Shown here piece after piece: positions 43,383 through 56,200 of a DNA stretch of 64,000 nucleotides. The notes under the pieces were generated by a model. That model had not been told where the DNA came from, did no database searches, and worked only from the letters and a program-made list of their open reading frames with translations. Source of the stretch: Eubacteriales bacterium (lineage in GTDB: Bacteria > Bacillota > Clostridia > Oscillospirales > CAG-272). How positions within the stretch are numbered: the stretch's first letter is position 1; each line of letters opens with the position of its first letter. The position numbers were made by a program, and so were the translations under genes. The DNA is taken from contig JAZQHV010000082.1 in assembly GCA_045540755.1 (NCBI GenBank), positions 125,750-189,749 on the forward strand, given 5' to 3'.

Positions 43383-44393
43383 TTACAGCTTTGTCCAGTC
43401 GAAGAGGACACCGAGGGGGAAATGTTTCGGATCGTTCGCAAGTCGTGCATACACCTCGCCGCAATCCTTTGGCGGGTGGATCTCGGAAATGATGGGCGCA
43501 GCCTCGCAGCGACCGCCTTTAATGAGGTCGAGAATGCACGCACAGTCGTCGTGCATGGTCCAATGGCCGGGGAAGGATTCCACCTTCGGGCGCACCATGT
43601 TATGCGCACCGATGAGCTTGACGCCGGGACGGTGTACTTCTTGGTAGTAGTCCACTTCTACATCCGAAACGCGGGTACAGCCGAGCAGGGAAATACGTCC
43701 CATATAGGATGCACACTTTAGTGCTTGCTTCAGCGCGATTGCCGCGCCGGTAACCTCGACAATGGCGTTGACACCCTTGCCGCCCGTGATCTGCATGACT
43801 TGCTCGATATAATCGGGAGCGGTGGGGTCAAGCGCGTAGTCTGCACCGAGCTTCAGCGCAAGGGCGCGGCGCTCTGCGGAAAGGTCGGAAACGATGACGG
43901 GGTATGCACCGCTGAGCTTTGCGAATTCTACGGAGAACATGCCGAGAAGGCCGAGACCGATGATCATGGCACTCTCGCCAAGCTCAATATTCAACTTGCG
44001 GATACCGCCAAGCCCCATCGCCGCGATGATGACAAGCGATGCGTCGGCAGAGGAAACGCCCTCGGGCACGAGCGTGAGCGCGCTTTCCTTGACCCTGTTG
44101 TACTCTGCGTGTACGCCGTGATATACGAGCACACGGTCACCGACTTTGTACTTTTTAACGTCTTTTCCGGCATCTATGATGGTGCCTACCGAGGAATAGC
44201 CCTCCGCCCAGGGGAATTTTCCCTTGCTTGCCGTGTTCGGCTCGGCAATGAGATTTGCACGCTCGGTACCTGCGCTGACAGCGCTGAATTCGGTCTTGAC
44301 GACGACCTCGTCGTCTGCCATATCCTTTACCTCTCGGTCGATAAGCTCGGCTTTACCGATGCCTGTGAATAGGATCTGTTTGCGTTTGATCAT
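43383..44393 (-). CDS. MDR-superfamily dehydrogenase lacking the GHE zinc motif (paralog B)
   Basis: Colinear with the 39525-40538 product. A 38-aa block is identical (GESAMIIGLGLLGMFSVEFAKLSGAYPVIVSDLSAERR). AGGAG RBS. Confidence 0.85.
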   Translation of the reverse strand: MIKRKQILFTGIGKAELIDREVKDMADDEVVVKTEFSAVSAGTERANLIAEPNTASKGKFPWAEGYSSVGTIIDAGKDVKKYKVGDRVLVYHGVHAEYNRVKESALTLVPEGVSSADASLVIIAAMGLGGIRKLNIELGESAMIIGLGLLGMFSVEFAKLSGAYPVIVSDLSAERRALALKLGADYALDPTAPDYIEQVMQITGGKGVNAIVEVTGAAIALKQALKCASYMGRISLLGCTRVSDVEVDYYQEVHRPGVKLIGAHNMVRPKVESFPGHWTMHDDCACILDLIKGGRCEAAPIISEIHPPKDCGEVYARLANDPKHFPLGVLFDWTKL

Positions 44394-44396
44394 GGC

Positions 44397-45308
44397 TTAC
44401 TCCTTGTTTGCTGCCTTTGCAGCTGCTTTTCTCTCTTCCAGGATCTGCATCCATTCCGCCTTGGTCTCGGGAGCCTTTACCTCATTATAGAAGTCGAGGA
44501 ACTTCGAGATCAGCAATTGCTCCTTGTCGGCGTATGCGTTGTAATAGTCCATGGCGAATACCTGCGACGAGCCAAAGTAGGGCGCAACGTAGCGGGTGAC
44601 TCTGCCGAGCCTACCCGAACAATGGTAGGAGAATTTGGTGTGCAGAGCCTGTTTGAGCGCACGAACCGATTGCAGCGCGGTCAGAATATCGCCTTTGTCC
44701 TTGTCAATGGGGGTGACCATCTTGATAAAGTCCACGCCGCGCTCCTCCATGACCTTTGCCATAGAAACGATCTGCTCGGTGGTGAGGAATACGCCGGTAT
44801 GGCAGGACATGAGCACCTCGCCGCCCAGCTTATGTACGCGGTCGATCACGCGCATCTGTTTTTCGATGACGGCGGGATCGAGACAAACTTCTTTGGGGTT
44901 TGCCGCGATAAAGGGATGCTTTTCGGGATCGCCGAACTGTGTGAGAGTTGCACGTGTATCGGGGCAGAAGGTGTAGCCCTGCATGTCGATGCCGGCGGCA
45001 CCGCACTCTACGGCACGGACCTCCTCCTCCATGCGCATTTCGTCGGAGTCCTTGCGGTCTACTCCCTTGGGATTGTTATTGTAATGCACCGCCATGATGG
45101 GCGAGTTTGCCGTCGCGAAAATTTTCTTCAGCGATTCGGGCTTTCTGCTCTCCTCGTCCAGCAGGGAAAGGTGCAGATTGAACGCAGTTGCTCCCGCCGC
45201 CTCACAATTACGGATCTGTGTCAACGTGTCCTCGACCGTGCTTTCCTTCAGCACGCCGAGAATGATCGGATCGCCCGATTCCGTAAAACTGCAATGTCTC
45301 ATATCCAT
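44397..45308 (-). CDS. Type-I 3-dehydroquinate-dehydratase-like TIM-barrel protein
   Basis: SCH...VDFIKMVTPIDKDKGDILTAL resembles the AroD (S/I)YH ... (A)DI(V)KIA...D...LL pattern, which carries the Schiff-base Lys. The start is at 45308 or 45302. Confidence 0.6.
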   Translation of the reverse strand: MDMRHCSFTESGDPIILGVLKESTVEDTLTQIRNCEAAGATAFNLHLSLLDEESRKPESLKKIFATANSPIMAVHYNNNPKGVDRKDSDEMRMEEEVRAVECGAAGIDMQGYTFCPDTRATLTQFGDPEKHPFIAANPKEVCLDPAVIEKQMRVIDRVHKLGGEVLMSCHTGVFLTTEQIVSMAKVMEERGVDFIKMVTPIDKDKGDILTALQSVRALKQALHTKFSYHCSGRLGRVTRYVAPYFGSSQVFAMDYYNAYADKEQLLISKFLDFYNEVKAPETKAEWMQILEERKAAAKAANKE

Positions 45309-45400
45309 TGTCCTTTCGAGTTGTATTTTACGATTCTATCTTACTCCCGTTTCGGGGTGTTGTAAATGTATATTTTGATAATTATTTTGTATATGGCAAA

Positions 45401-45430
45401 ACAAAAAGCAGCAAAAATGCTGCTTTTTTG
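45401..45430 (-). terminator. Terminator after the epimerase-like gene
   Basis: AGCAGCA-AAAA-TGCTGCT hairpin with flanking A- and T-runs. Confidence 0.7.
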
Positions 45431-45443
45431 TCTGCAATGATAC

Positions 45444-46403
45444 TTAATCTTCTGCAAGCAGGCTTTCACGCTCGTGGAGCAGACCTTCGTACAGAGATTT
45501 AAAGTTTTCCTCTTTGAGACCGGTGACACGCAACATTTTAGAGTTGTCATACACGCGGTTGAAGAGGCGACCGTACTTCATCTGCCAAATGGCACCGAGG
45601 CTCTTTTCGGGATCGAATTTGGGATCGCGGAAGCGCTGATAGGTCACACCGTCTACCCACTCGTACTTCAGCCCGAACAGCTCGTTATAGAAGCCTGCGA
45701 TCTCTTCCCAGGTGTTGCTCTTGGAGGAGGTGACGTTGAAGTCGTTGCAGAATGCCTCTTCCTTGCCGACGAGGGCGAGGAGCATATCGGCAACGTCACT
45801 GCCCCAGGTCAGGGAAGCGGGGATGTTTCTTGCCGCTTCGTCAAGCAGGACGGGCTCACCCGAGCGGACGTGTTGCATGATCCTGCCGCGCTCCAGAGAG
45901 AGAAGCTGGCAACGCTTTGCGGAATAAGTGGTAGAGGGGCGCACGATCGTCCAGTTTTGGAACTTACTGACGCGGAGTGCGTTTTCGCCGCGCGCCTTGT
46001 GGATGCCGTAGTCATCCGAAAGGAGCAGGGCACGGTCGGTGGTGACGTCTACCAGACGGGGCGAGGTCTCGACAACGGGGTTCTCCTCGTTTGCAAACAC
46101 GCGGCAGGAGGAGAAATAGAAGTACTGACCGCAGTTCTTCAGATACTTCGGGAAGGTCTCACGGAAGGAGATCGAATTGTAGATCATCAAATCGAAAATG
46201 ACGTCGTAGTAGGTTTTTGTGATCTCGTCAACAAAGGCGGGATCCTTTGCGTTCTTGGTTTGAATGTAACGCAAGTTCGGCTTGTCGGAAACAACGTTGT
46301 CAAGGGTAACACCGTCAACGTCGTAACCGAGAGCAACGGCCTTGGCAGTAAGGTATCTGCCCATTGCGCCGGTGGCACCGAGGATCAACATCTTTTGGCT
46401 CAT
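45444..46403 (-). CDS. NAD-dependent epimerase/dehydratase family (extended SDR) protein
   Basis: MLILGATGAMGRYL glycine-rich motif and a GGAGAA RBS. Confidence 0.8.
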   Translation of the reverse strand: MSQKMLILGATGAMGRYLTAKAVALGYDVDGVTLDNVVSDKPNLRYIQTKNAKDPAFVDEITKTYYDVIFDLMIYNSISFRETFPKYLKNCGQYFYFSSCRVFANEENPVVETSPRLVDVTTDRALLLSDDYGIHKARGENALRVSKFQNWTIVRPSTTYSAKRCQLLSLERGRIMQHVRSGEPVLLDEAARNIPASLTWGSDVADMLLALVGKEEAFCNDFNVTSSKSNTWEEIAGFYNELFGLKYEWVDGVTYQRFRDPKFDPEKSLGAIWQMKYGRLFNRVYDNSKMLRVTGLKEENFKSLYEGLLHERESLLAED

Positions 46404-46616
46404 GGTATGTTCTCCATTCCTAAATTATAGTAGTCATGCATTCTGCACTGTGTTTACTATAGCACTTTACACTTAAAAAAGAAATATCAAAAATGATAAA
46501 ATTTGCATCTGACGATACTTTTTTTGTTAATTTTTTATCTTTTGAAATAACTTTGACATTGGTAAAAAAGTGTGCTATACTATACACTGATATGATTTAT
46601 GCAAAGGCGGTGTGAC

Positions 46617-47018
46617 ATGCCAAAAATAGATAAGACTGTTCAAAAAGAAACAGGGTATATCGCGCTTTGGGTGCTGATCTTCAGCGCGCTGATGCAAGCG
46701 GTGTTCCTTGTGATCGGAAAGTGGGATCTGACCGTGCTTTTCGGAAACTTGCTCGGCGGTGCGCTTGCTATCTTAAACTTTTTCCTTATGGGGATTGGCG
46801 TACAAAAGGCGGTAAGAAAAGAGGAAAAGGAAGCACGAGACCTGATGAAGCTTTCGCAAACGTTGCGATCCTTTTTGGTGCTTGTTGTGGTAATCGTGGG
46901 TATTGTGTTGCATTGCTTTCATACGGTTGCCGTGATCCTGCCGCTCTTCTTCCCACGCATTGCGGTGGCGATCCGTCCTTTGTTTATGAAAAAGGAGGCG
47001 GGAAACAGTGAAGAATAA
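46617..47018 (+). CDS. atpI: ATP synthase subunit I (AtpI-like)
   Basis: Small 4-TM protein directly upstream of, and overlapping, atpB. Confidence 0.7.
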   Translation: MPKIDKTVQKETGYIALWVLIFSALMQAVFLVIGKWDLTVLFGNLLGGALAILNFFLMGIGVQKAVRKEEKEARDLMKLSQTLRSFLVLVVVIVGIVLHCFHTVAVILPLFFPRIAVAIRPLFMKKEAGNSEE

Positions 47019-47898
47019 AAGCCGCGGTTTCATTGCCGTGGATATTCTGCTTATTTTGATGATGATCCTGCCCTTCGTGGCGTGTATGACGCTGAAGGTG
47101 CTTACTAAGCCGTTGTCGGAAGGAATAACGGTCACCGGGGCTCAGATCTATTTTACGATTCCGATGCCCCTGCAGGATCTTCCCATCACCGAGTCGCAAG
47201 TGGTTTCGTTTGCCGTTATGGTTGCAGTGGTCGGCCTTTGCCTGTTTCTCACACACGGGCTTTCCGCACGGCATCCTACCGTAAGGCAACATTTTGCGGA
47301 GTGGATCGTTGGGACGGTGGAAAAACTGATACACGAGAACATGGGTGCGTATTTTTCGGGATTTGGACCGTTTATTGCGGCAATGCTGGCGCTTTCCGCA
47401 TTCTCCAGTCTTTCCTCGCTTCTTGGATTGTATCCGCCGACGTCGGATATCAATATTGTCGCCGGATGGGCGATCCTTGTTTTTGGTCTGATTACGTATT
47501 ATAAGATGAAATGTGGTCCTTGGCACTATATCAAGAGCTTTGGCGACCCCGTGCCGCTTTTGTCTCCGCTCAATATCATCAGCGAGATCGCAACGCCGAT
47601 TTCCATGGCGTTCCGTCATTACGGAAACGTGCTTTCCGGCGCAGTAATTTCGGTTTTGGTTGCCGCGGGATTGCAAGGACTTTCGTCTATGCTGCTCGGC
47701 TGGCTTCCCGGTATCCTTGGGGAGATCCCGTTCCTACAGATCGGTCTGCCCGCGATCCTTTCCATATACTTTGACGTGTTCAGCGGATGTCTGCAGGCGT
47801 ACATCTTTGCCATGCTGACGATGCTTTACGTGGCAAGCGGATTCCCGGAAGAGGAATACTTTGCAAGAAAAAACAAAAAACAAAAAAATACAATATAA
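47008..47898 (+). CDS. atpB: F0F1 ATP synthase subunit a
   Basis: Essential-Arg motif FRHYGNVLSG. GTG start with an AGGAGG RBS. Confidence 0.9.
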   Translation: MKNKSRGFIAVDILLILMMILPFVACMTLKVLTKPLSEGITVTGAQIYFTIPMPLQDLPITESQVVSFAVMVAVVGLCLFLTHGLSARHPTVRQHFAEWIVGTVEKLIHENMGAYFSGFGPFIAAMLALSAFSSLSSLLGLYPPTSDINIVAGWAILVFGLITYYKMKCGPWHYIKSFGDPVPLLSPLNIISEIATPISMAFRHYGNVLSGAVISVLVAAGLQGLSSMLLGWLPGILGEIPFLQIGLPAILSIYFDVFSGCLQAYIFAMLTMLYVASGFPEEEYFARKNKKQKNTI

Positions 47899-48201
<303 letters not shown>

Positions 48202-48204
48202 ACA

Positions 48205-48723
48205 ATGCAGACGTTGGCTATCATTTCTGCCAATCTATGGCAGACGTTGATCTCCCTTGCCAACCTGACCATCCTTTTTCTGCTGGTCAAGAAGTTTCTC
48301 TTTAAACCTGTAAAAAAGATGCTTGCCGAGCGGCAGAATGCGATCGATGCGCAGTATCAGAGCGCAGAGAACGCGGAAAAGGCTGCTCTGGCAGACAAGG
48401 CGGCATGGGAAGAAAAAATGCAGGGCGCCAATGCACAAGCAGATGCGATCCTGCAGACCGCTGCCGACAATGCGCGCATGCGTGGGGACAAGCTGGTTGC
48501 CGAGGCGAAAGTCAAGGCAGAGGGTATCGTCCGCACCGCCGAAAACGAGGCGGCTCTCGAGCGCAAGAAGGCAGAGGATTCGATGAAGCGGGAGATCGCA
48601 GAGGTCTCTGCGGCGCTTTCCGAAAAGCTCCTTGCGCGTGAGATCAAGGCGGAGGATCACCGTGCTCTGATCGATTCGTTTCTGGAAGAGAATGTAGGTG
48701 GCGGCGATGACACAAATGCATAA
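48205..48723 (+). CDS. atpF: F0F1 ATP synthase subunit b
   Basis: Single N-terminal TM plus a long charged helix, at the expected operon position. Confidence 0.88.
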   Translation: MQTLAIISANLWQTLISLANLTILFLLVKKFLFKPVKKMLAERQNAIDAQYQSAENAEKAALADKAAWEEKMQGANAQADAILQTAADNARMRGDKLVAEAKVKAEGIVRTAENEAALERKKAEDSMKREIAEVSAALSEKLLAREIKAEDHRALIDSFLEENVGGGDDTNA

Positions 48724-49237
48724 GGAATATGCCACGGCGCTCTTTATGCTCGCCTCGGAATGCGATCAAAAAAAGGAGTACTATGCCGCGCTTTTGACCG
48801 CAAAGGATGCGATCTGCGGCGAAGCGGAGTATTTGGAGCTGCTTGCCTCTCCGGGCATTCCCAAAGAGGAGCGGCTTTCGGCTCTCGAGGCGGCGTTTTC
48901 CGTCGTGCTTCCCGAACACGTACTTTCTTTTTTGCAGTTGCTTTGCGAAAAGGGGCATATCCGCTCGCTTGCGGATTGTACCGAGGAGTATAAGCGGCTT
49001 CTGGACGCTTCGGAGCGCGTTTCTGTTGCCCACGTCGTGAGCGCGATCGCGCTTACCGACGCGGAAAAAGAGGCGATCGGTGTGAAATTGGAGAAGATGA
49101 GCGGGCACAAGGTAACGCTGAAGTGCTCGATCGATGAAAAACTGCTCGGCGGTGTGCGCATTGAGATGGACGGCAAGGTGCTCGACCACTCGCTCCGTAC
49201 CCGCTTGCAGGAAGTGAAGGATGTGATCAGCAAGTGA
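48707..49237 (+). CDS. atpH: F0F1 ATP synthase subunit delta
   Basis: OSCP-like sequence at the expected operon position. AGGTGG RBS before the ATG at 48707. Confidence 0.85.
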   Translation: MTQMHKEYATALFMLASECDQKKEYYAALLTAKDAICGEAEYLELLASPGIPKEERLSALEAAFSVVLPEHVLSFLQLLCEKGHIRSLADCTEEYKRLLDASERVSVAHVVSAIALTDAEKEAIGVKLEKMSGHKVTLKCSIDEKLLGGVRIEMDGKVLDHSLRTRLQEVKDVISK

Positions 49238-50727
49238 GTGCAAGACCTGAAGAACTCAGCAATATCATAAAAGAGCAGATCAAGAATTATAAATCGCGCA
49301 TCGAGATGCGCGAGACCGGTACGGTCATCCTTGTCGGTGACGGCATTGCACGCGTATACGGACTTCGCGAGTGTATGGCAAGCGAGCTGCTGGAATTTGA
49401 AGACGGTAGCGTAGGACTTGCGCAGAACCTTGAGGAGGAGACCGTTTCGGTTGCACTGCTTTCCAATACCAATAATATCCGCGAGGGCTCGGTCGTAAAG
49501 CGTACCGGCAAGGTGCTTTCCGTCCCCGTGGGTGAGGCAATGCTCGGTCGCGTTGTCAACGCGCTCGGCGAGCCGATCGACGGCAAAGGTGCGATCGCCA
49601 CGGTCGAGACCCGTCCCATCGAGTCGGAGGCGCCGGGAATCATCGAGCGTAAGGGCGTATCCGTGCCGCTGCAAACGGGTATCAAGGCGATCGATAGCAT
49701 GATCCCGATCGGTCGCGGTCAGCGTGAGCTGATCATCGGCGACCGACAGACGGGTAAGACCGTTATCGCAGTGGATACCATCATGAACCAGAAGGGCAAG
49801 GGCGTTATCTGCATCTACGTTGCCATCGGACAGAAGAGCTCCTCGGTCGTACAGCTCGTCAACGAGCTGACCGCCGCAGGCGCGATGGAGTATACCATTG
49901 TGGTTTCCGCATCGGCATCCGAGTCGGCGCCGCTGCAGTACGTTGCCCCGTATTCGGGTTGCGCGATGGCGGAGTATTTCCGTGAGCAGGGCAAGGACGT
50001 TCTCATCGTATACGACGACCTTTCCAAGCATGCAGTTGCTTACCGTGCACTGTCTTTGCTGATCCGCCGTCCCCCGGGCCGCGAGGCGTATCCCGGTGAC
50101 GTTTTCTACCTCCATTCGAGATTGCTCGAGCGTGCGGCATGCGTTGCGCCCGAGTACGGCGGAGGCTCGATCACGGCATTGCCGATCATTGAAACGCAGG
50201 CGGGCGACGTTTCGGCGTATATTCCCACCAACGTTATTTCTATCACCGACGGACAGATCTTCCTTGAGACCGAACTATTCCATGCAGGCGTTATGCCTGC
50301 GATCAACCCGGGTATCTCGGTCAGCCGTGTCGGCGGTTCGGCACAGCTGAAGGCGATGAAGAAGGTGTCGGGCGAGTTGAAGCTTCTGTATTCGCAGTAC
50401 CGCGAGCTGAAGGCGTTTGCACAGTTCGGCAGTGACCTCGATGCGGATACCAAGGCGCGTCTTGCGCTTGGTGAGCGTATCGTGGAGGTGCTCAAGCAAA
50501 AGCGCAGCGCCCCCGTCCGCGTCGGCTGTCAGGTCGCCATCGTGTATGCTGTTATTCACGGTTATCTGAACGATACGCCCGTAAATAAGGTCGGCGCATA
50601 TGAAGAAGCATTGTTTGAAAAACTCGAAAATGCGTACAGCGCACTTCTCGAGCGTTTTGAGAGCGGCTACTATGAGGAGTCGGACGTTGAAACGCTGAAA
50701 GAGGCGCTGGAGAGCATGAAGAGGTGA
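49234..50727 (+). CDS. atpA: F0F1 ATP synthase subunit alpha
   Basis: Walker [12 protein letters not shown] start overlapping the atpH stop. Confidence 0.95.
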   Translation: MSARPEELSNIIKEQIKNYKSRIEMRETGTVILVGDGIARVYGLRECMASELLEFEDGSVGLAQNLEEETVSVALLSNTNNIREGSVVKRTGKVLSVPVGEAMLGRVVNALGEPIDGKGAIATVETRPIESEAPGIIERKGVSVPLQTGIKAIDSMIPIGRGQRELIIGDRQTGKTVIAVDTIMNQKGKGVICIYVAIGQKSSSVVQLVNELTAAGAMEYTIVVSASASESAPLQYVAPYSGCAMAEYFREQGKDVLIVYDDLSKHAVAYRALSLLIRRPPGREAYPGDVFYLHSRLLERAACVAPEYGGGSITALPIIETQAGDVSAYIPTNVISITDGQIFLETELFHAGVMPAINPGISVSRVGGSAQLKAMKKVSGELKLLYSQYRELKAFAQFGSDLDADTKARLALGERIVEVLKQKRSAPVRVGCQVAIVYAVIHGYLNDTPVNKVGAYEEALFEKLENAYSALLERFESGYYEESDVETLKEALESMKR

Positions 50728-50731
50728 GCGT

Positions 50732-51535
50732 ATGGGCGCAGATATCAAGTCGCTCCGCACGCGTATTAAAAGCGTAGACTCCACGTTGCATCTGACCAAG
50801 GCGATGGGGCTTGTGGCTTCCTCCAAGATCCGCCGTGCCTCTGAGGCGATGGCAAAGGGCAGGGAGTATGCCGAGGCGGTCAGCGCCACGGTCCGTGCCT
50901 TGACCTGCTGCCCCGAATGCGGTAAGAGCCCCTACATGCAGGTACGCGAAGAGGGGCAGACCTGCCTTGTCGTCATCGCGGGTGACCGCGGACTTGCGGG
51001 CGGCTATAACGCCAATGTATTTCGCCTTGTACGCGAGTTGCCGCATGATAAGATCATGCCCATCGGCAAGCGTGCCTGTGAACGCTATAGCGGCAATTTC
51101 CGCCGTGCGGAGAGCTTTGACTATGCCGAGGCGATGCGCCTTGCAGAGAAGATCTGCGAGCGCTTTGCAAGCGGACTGTACAACAAGGTCGGTATCGTGT
51201 ATACGCGCTACGTCTCCATGCTGACGCAGGAGGCGGACGTCAAGTGGATCCTGCCGCTTTCGCGCGCGGAGAACAGCGAGAGCCTCGGTACGGTCTTTGA
51301 GCCGGACGAGCTCACCATTCTGAACGCGGCTATCCCCGAGTACGTGGCGGGATTACTGGTACACGCGGTGCGCGAGAGTTTTGCCTCCGAGGTGGCGGCA
51401 CGCAGATGCGCAATGGACTCCGCGGGCAAGAATGCACAGCAGATGATCGACGACCTGCAGCTCAAATATAACCGTGCGCGGCAGGGTGCCATCACGCAGG
51501 AGATCACCGAGATCGTCGCGGGCAGCGGCAATTAA
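50732..51535 (+). CDS. atpG: F0F1 ATP synthase subunit gamma
   Basis: N-terminus IKSLRTRIKSV..T..ITKAM-like and C-terminus ITQEITEIVAG. Confidence 0.92.
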   Translation: MGADIKSLRTRIKSVDSTLHLTKAMGLVASSKIRRASEAMAKGREYAEAVSATVRALTCCPECGKSPYMQVREEGQTCLVVIAGDRGLAGGYNANVFRLVRELPHDKIMPIGKRACERYSGNFRRAESFDYAEAMRLAEKICERFASGLYNKVGIVYTRYVSMLTQEADVKWILPLSRAENSESLGTVFEPDELTILNAAIPEYVAGLLVHAVRESFASEVAARRCAMDSAGKNAQQMIDDLQLKYNRARQGAITQEITEIVAGSGN

Positions 51536-53211
<1,676 letters not shown>

Positions 53212-53248
53212 ACAAAACCCGCTTGGCAAAAGCCAAGCGGGTTTTGTT
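53212..53248. terminator. Bidirectional terminator
   Basis: AAAACCCGCTTGGC-AAAA-GCCAAGCGGGTTTT. Confidence 0.85.
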
Positions 53249-56200
53249 ATGCTGTAGCCAGGCGCAGAATGCGCAGAATGTCGATGAGGGTGAGCTTGCC
53301 GTCGCCCGTCAGGTCGATGACGTTCTCGCCCTTGACGAGCGCTTTCAGGGAAAGTAGCGCGTCCTTGACGGAAACTGCGCCATCCAGATCCACGTCACCT
53401 TCTGCGGGCGCGGTGTCCGAGACGGTGAGCACCACGGTGTGCTCCGCATTTGTCGGCGCGGTAAAGGTGACCGCGTATACGTCGGTGATCGGGGATGCAC
53501 CCGTATCGGCAAAGGGAAGTGCCGCCGTGTCCTTGATGATCCGCGTTACCGTAGCGGATGCACCGTTTACGGTCGCAGAGATAACCGCCTTGTCCGAATG
53601 GAAGCGTAGTGTGATCTCGCGTGCCGCATAATCGGTGGCAAAGTCGCCGTCTGCCGCCGAAAGCGTTACGGTCACGGTGTTTCCGTCTGCAACCGAAGCG
53701 ATCTCGGTCTTGCGGTACGCACCGTTCATATAATCTTCGGTTGCACCGTCGTCCTCATAGAGCGTGCATGCGCCGTTACCCACGTCATAGACGTTGAGCG
53801 AAAGTGTCTGCCAATCCGCACCCGTCATCGGGGAGACGACCGCGCTTGCGGGCAGAATCGCGCCCTTGCGCACGTAGATGGGAAGCGTTTCCATGCCTTT
53901 CGTTACGTTGAGGGTCTGCGGTCCCGTGACCGTTTCGCCTGTAAAGACGTCGATCCATTCGCCCTCAGGGATATACACCTCGCGTACCGAGGTGTTTTTT
54001 GCCTGTACGGGCTCGTAGACGAAGAAGACCTGCGCTTGCCCCGTTGCCTCAAAGTAGTCGATCAAAAGGTCGTGCGTTTCGCCCGCCTTGAGGAGCATAT
54101 CGCCGAGGTTTGTGTTGAGTCCGTGCGAATCCCAGCCGTCTACGGCAAGTGTGCCGTCGATATAGACGCGTGCGCCGTTGTCGGCATAAATGCCAAGGTA
54201 ACAATCCACATCGGGCGTGATCTTGCCCGTGTAACGCACGGCAAATTCCTCGTCCCATTGCTCGCCGCACGCGCTGTCGCGATGCCAGTAGAAGTCAACG
54301 TTCGGTACGGTCTCGGTCAGCACCTTTTCGCCGCTGACCGTTCCTTTCGCCTTGATGTCACAATCGGTAATGAAGTATTCGGCTGTGAGCCCCTCTTCTC
54401 CGTCTGCCGTTTGCAGCCACGAGGAGGGAACGACGACGTTGCCTTCGCCCGCCGCCGACCAGTAGGGCGCGACCAGAATGTCACGACCAAGCAGATATTC
54501 GGTGTCATCGGCGTTTGCATCGGGGTAGTGGAAGTCGAGGCGGCGTGCAAGCGGCATGCCCGTTTCGTAATTTTCACGCGCCAGCGCATAGTAGAACGGT
54601 ATCAAATGGTAGCGCATGTGCAAAAAGTCGCGCACGATGGCTTCGCTTGCCTCGCTGTAGCTCCACGGATAGTGCTCGTTCTTGACACCGAGCGAGGAGT
54701 GCACGCGGAAGACGGGTGAAAACGCACCGAACTGCATCCAGCGGATGAACATATTTTCGGTGACCGCATCGTTGTTGCGGAAGCCGCCAAGGTCGCTCGA
54801 CATATACGGCGAGGAGCCTGTCGCACCCGAAAAGACCATGTTTTTGATCTCGCGGCGGAGCATGGTCGGGTCGCCGTAAATATCGCCCGTCCACTGTGTT
54901 CCGTAGCGATGGCTGATGAGTGAGGATGCTCCGCGCCGGTAGCCGCAGAGCAGCCAGTCCACGTTGGAGAGCATCAGCACGCGCTTCGTGGCGCCATTTG
55001 CATTTTCTTTGTGGAACGCCGCCATCACGTCGTAATAAAGCTTTTGCCCGATGGTCTCAAAGGTAACGTCGTGGAACGGCGTTTTGACAGAGTAGGACCA
55101 GTTGCGGTCGTACCACCAGCCGTCAAGACCGTCTGCCATCACCTTTTGGATGCCCTCGGTCTGCCACTTGAGCTCGGCGGGATCGTTGATCTTGAGCGAG
55201 GTCTTGTGTGTATGGTCATTGAAGAGCACCAGTACGCCTGCCTCTTCTGCCTTTTTAAGGAAAGAGGGCATATTGGGGTAGAGGTCAGTGTTGTACTCAT
55301 AGCCCGTGCCGTCACCGTCGTTTCCGTTCTGCGAGGTGTTCTTCCACTCGGTGTCAATGATAATGATATCGAGCGGCACGTCGCGGTCACGGTATTTTTC
55401 GATCATGGCAAGCTTTTCCTCGTCGGTGTAGGTCGTCCAACGGGAGTACCATGAGCCGAGGGTCTTGATGTCCGAAAGCATGGTTCTGCCCGTGAGGGTA
55501 ACGAAATCGGTGCGGAGCTGCTTGGCATCGCCGCGCGGCAGCAGGATGTACATGTCGATATGGTCATTGCGTGACCAGCCGCTTGTTGCATCGGTTCTGC
55601 CCGCATAGGTCAAACCCTCTTCGGGCGGGAGAATGCCGTTGTCAAAGAGCACAAGGCTGTTCGGCGTGTCTGCGGCAGAGGGGAGGAGCGAGTAAAGCGC
55701 GTTTTTATCTGCCGTAAAGAGGGAATAGAGCAGTGCGCCGTTCTTGTCGTAGATGCGGACATCCTCTGCACGCTCGCTGTCCGCAGGGATATTCACGGTA
55801 ATGGCGGGTGTGGAAAGCACCACGGTGCCGTCCACCGTTTCGCTGACGGTATAGGTACCCGTGTATTCCTCTCTGCCCGTGATCATCAATGTGTCTGCAT
55901 CGGTAAAGATCCCGTTTTCGGCAACCTCTGCGCGCACCACGGTGTCCGAGAGGATCTGCACGCGAAGCGCGCCCTTTTGATAGGTGTAAACACCGTTTTG
56001 CAGGGGTAGCGCTGTTGTGGCAATCGCCGCCGTTTCGGGAATCTCTTTCAAAGCACTTTCTTCGTCGCCGTAGCCTGCAAAGAGGCGCAGATAGGAGTCC
56101 ATTGCGTCCGCGGAATCGGGATCGACGAAGATACGCAGGCCTGACAGGCGTTCTCTTTGCTTATAGTCCATGCCCGTGCCTGTAAAGGTCACCTTGCCGT

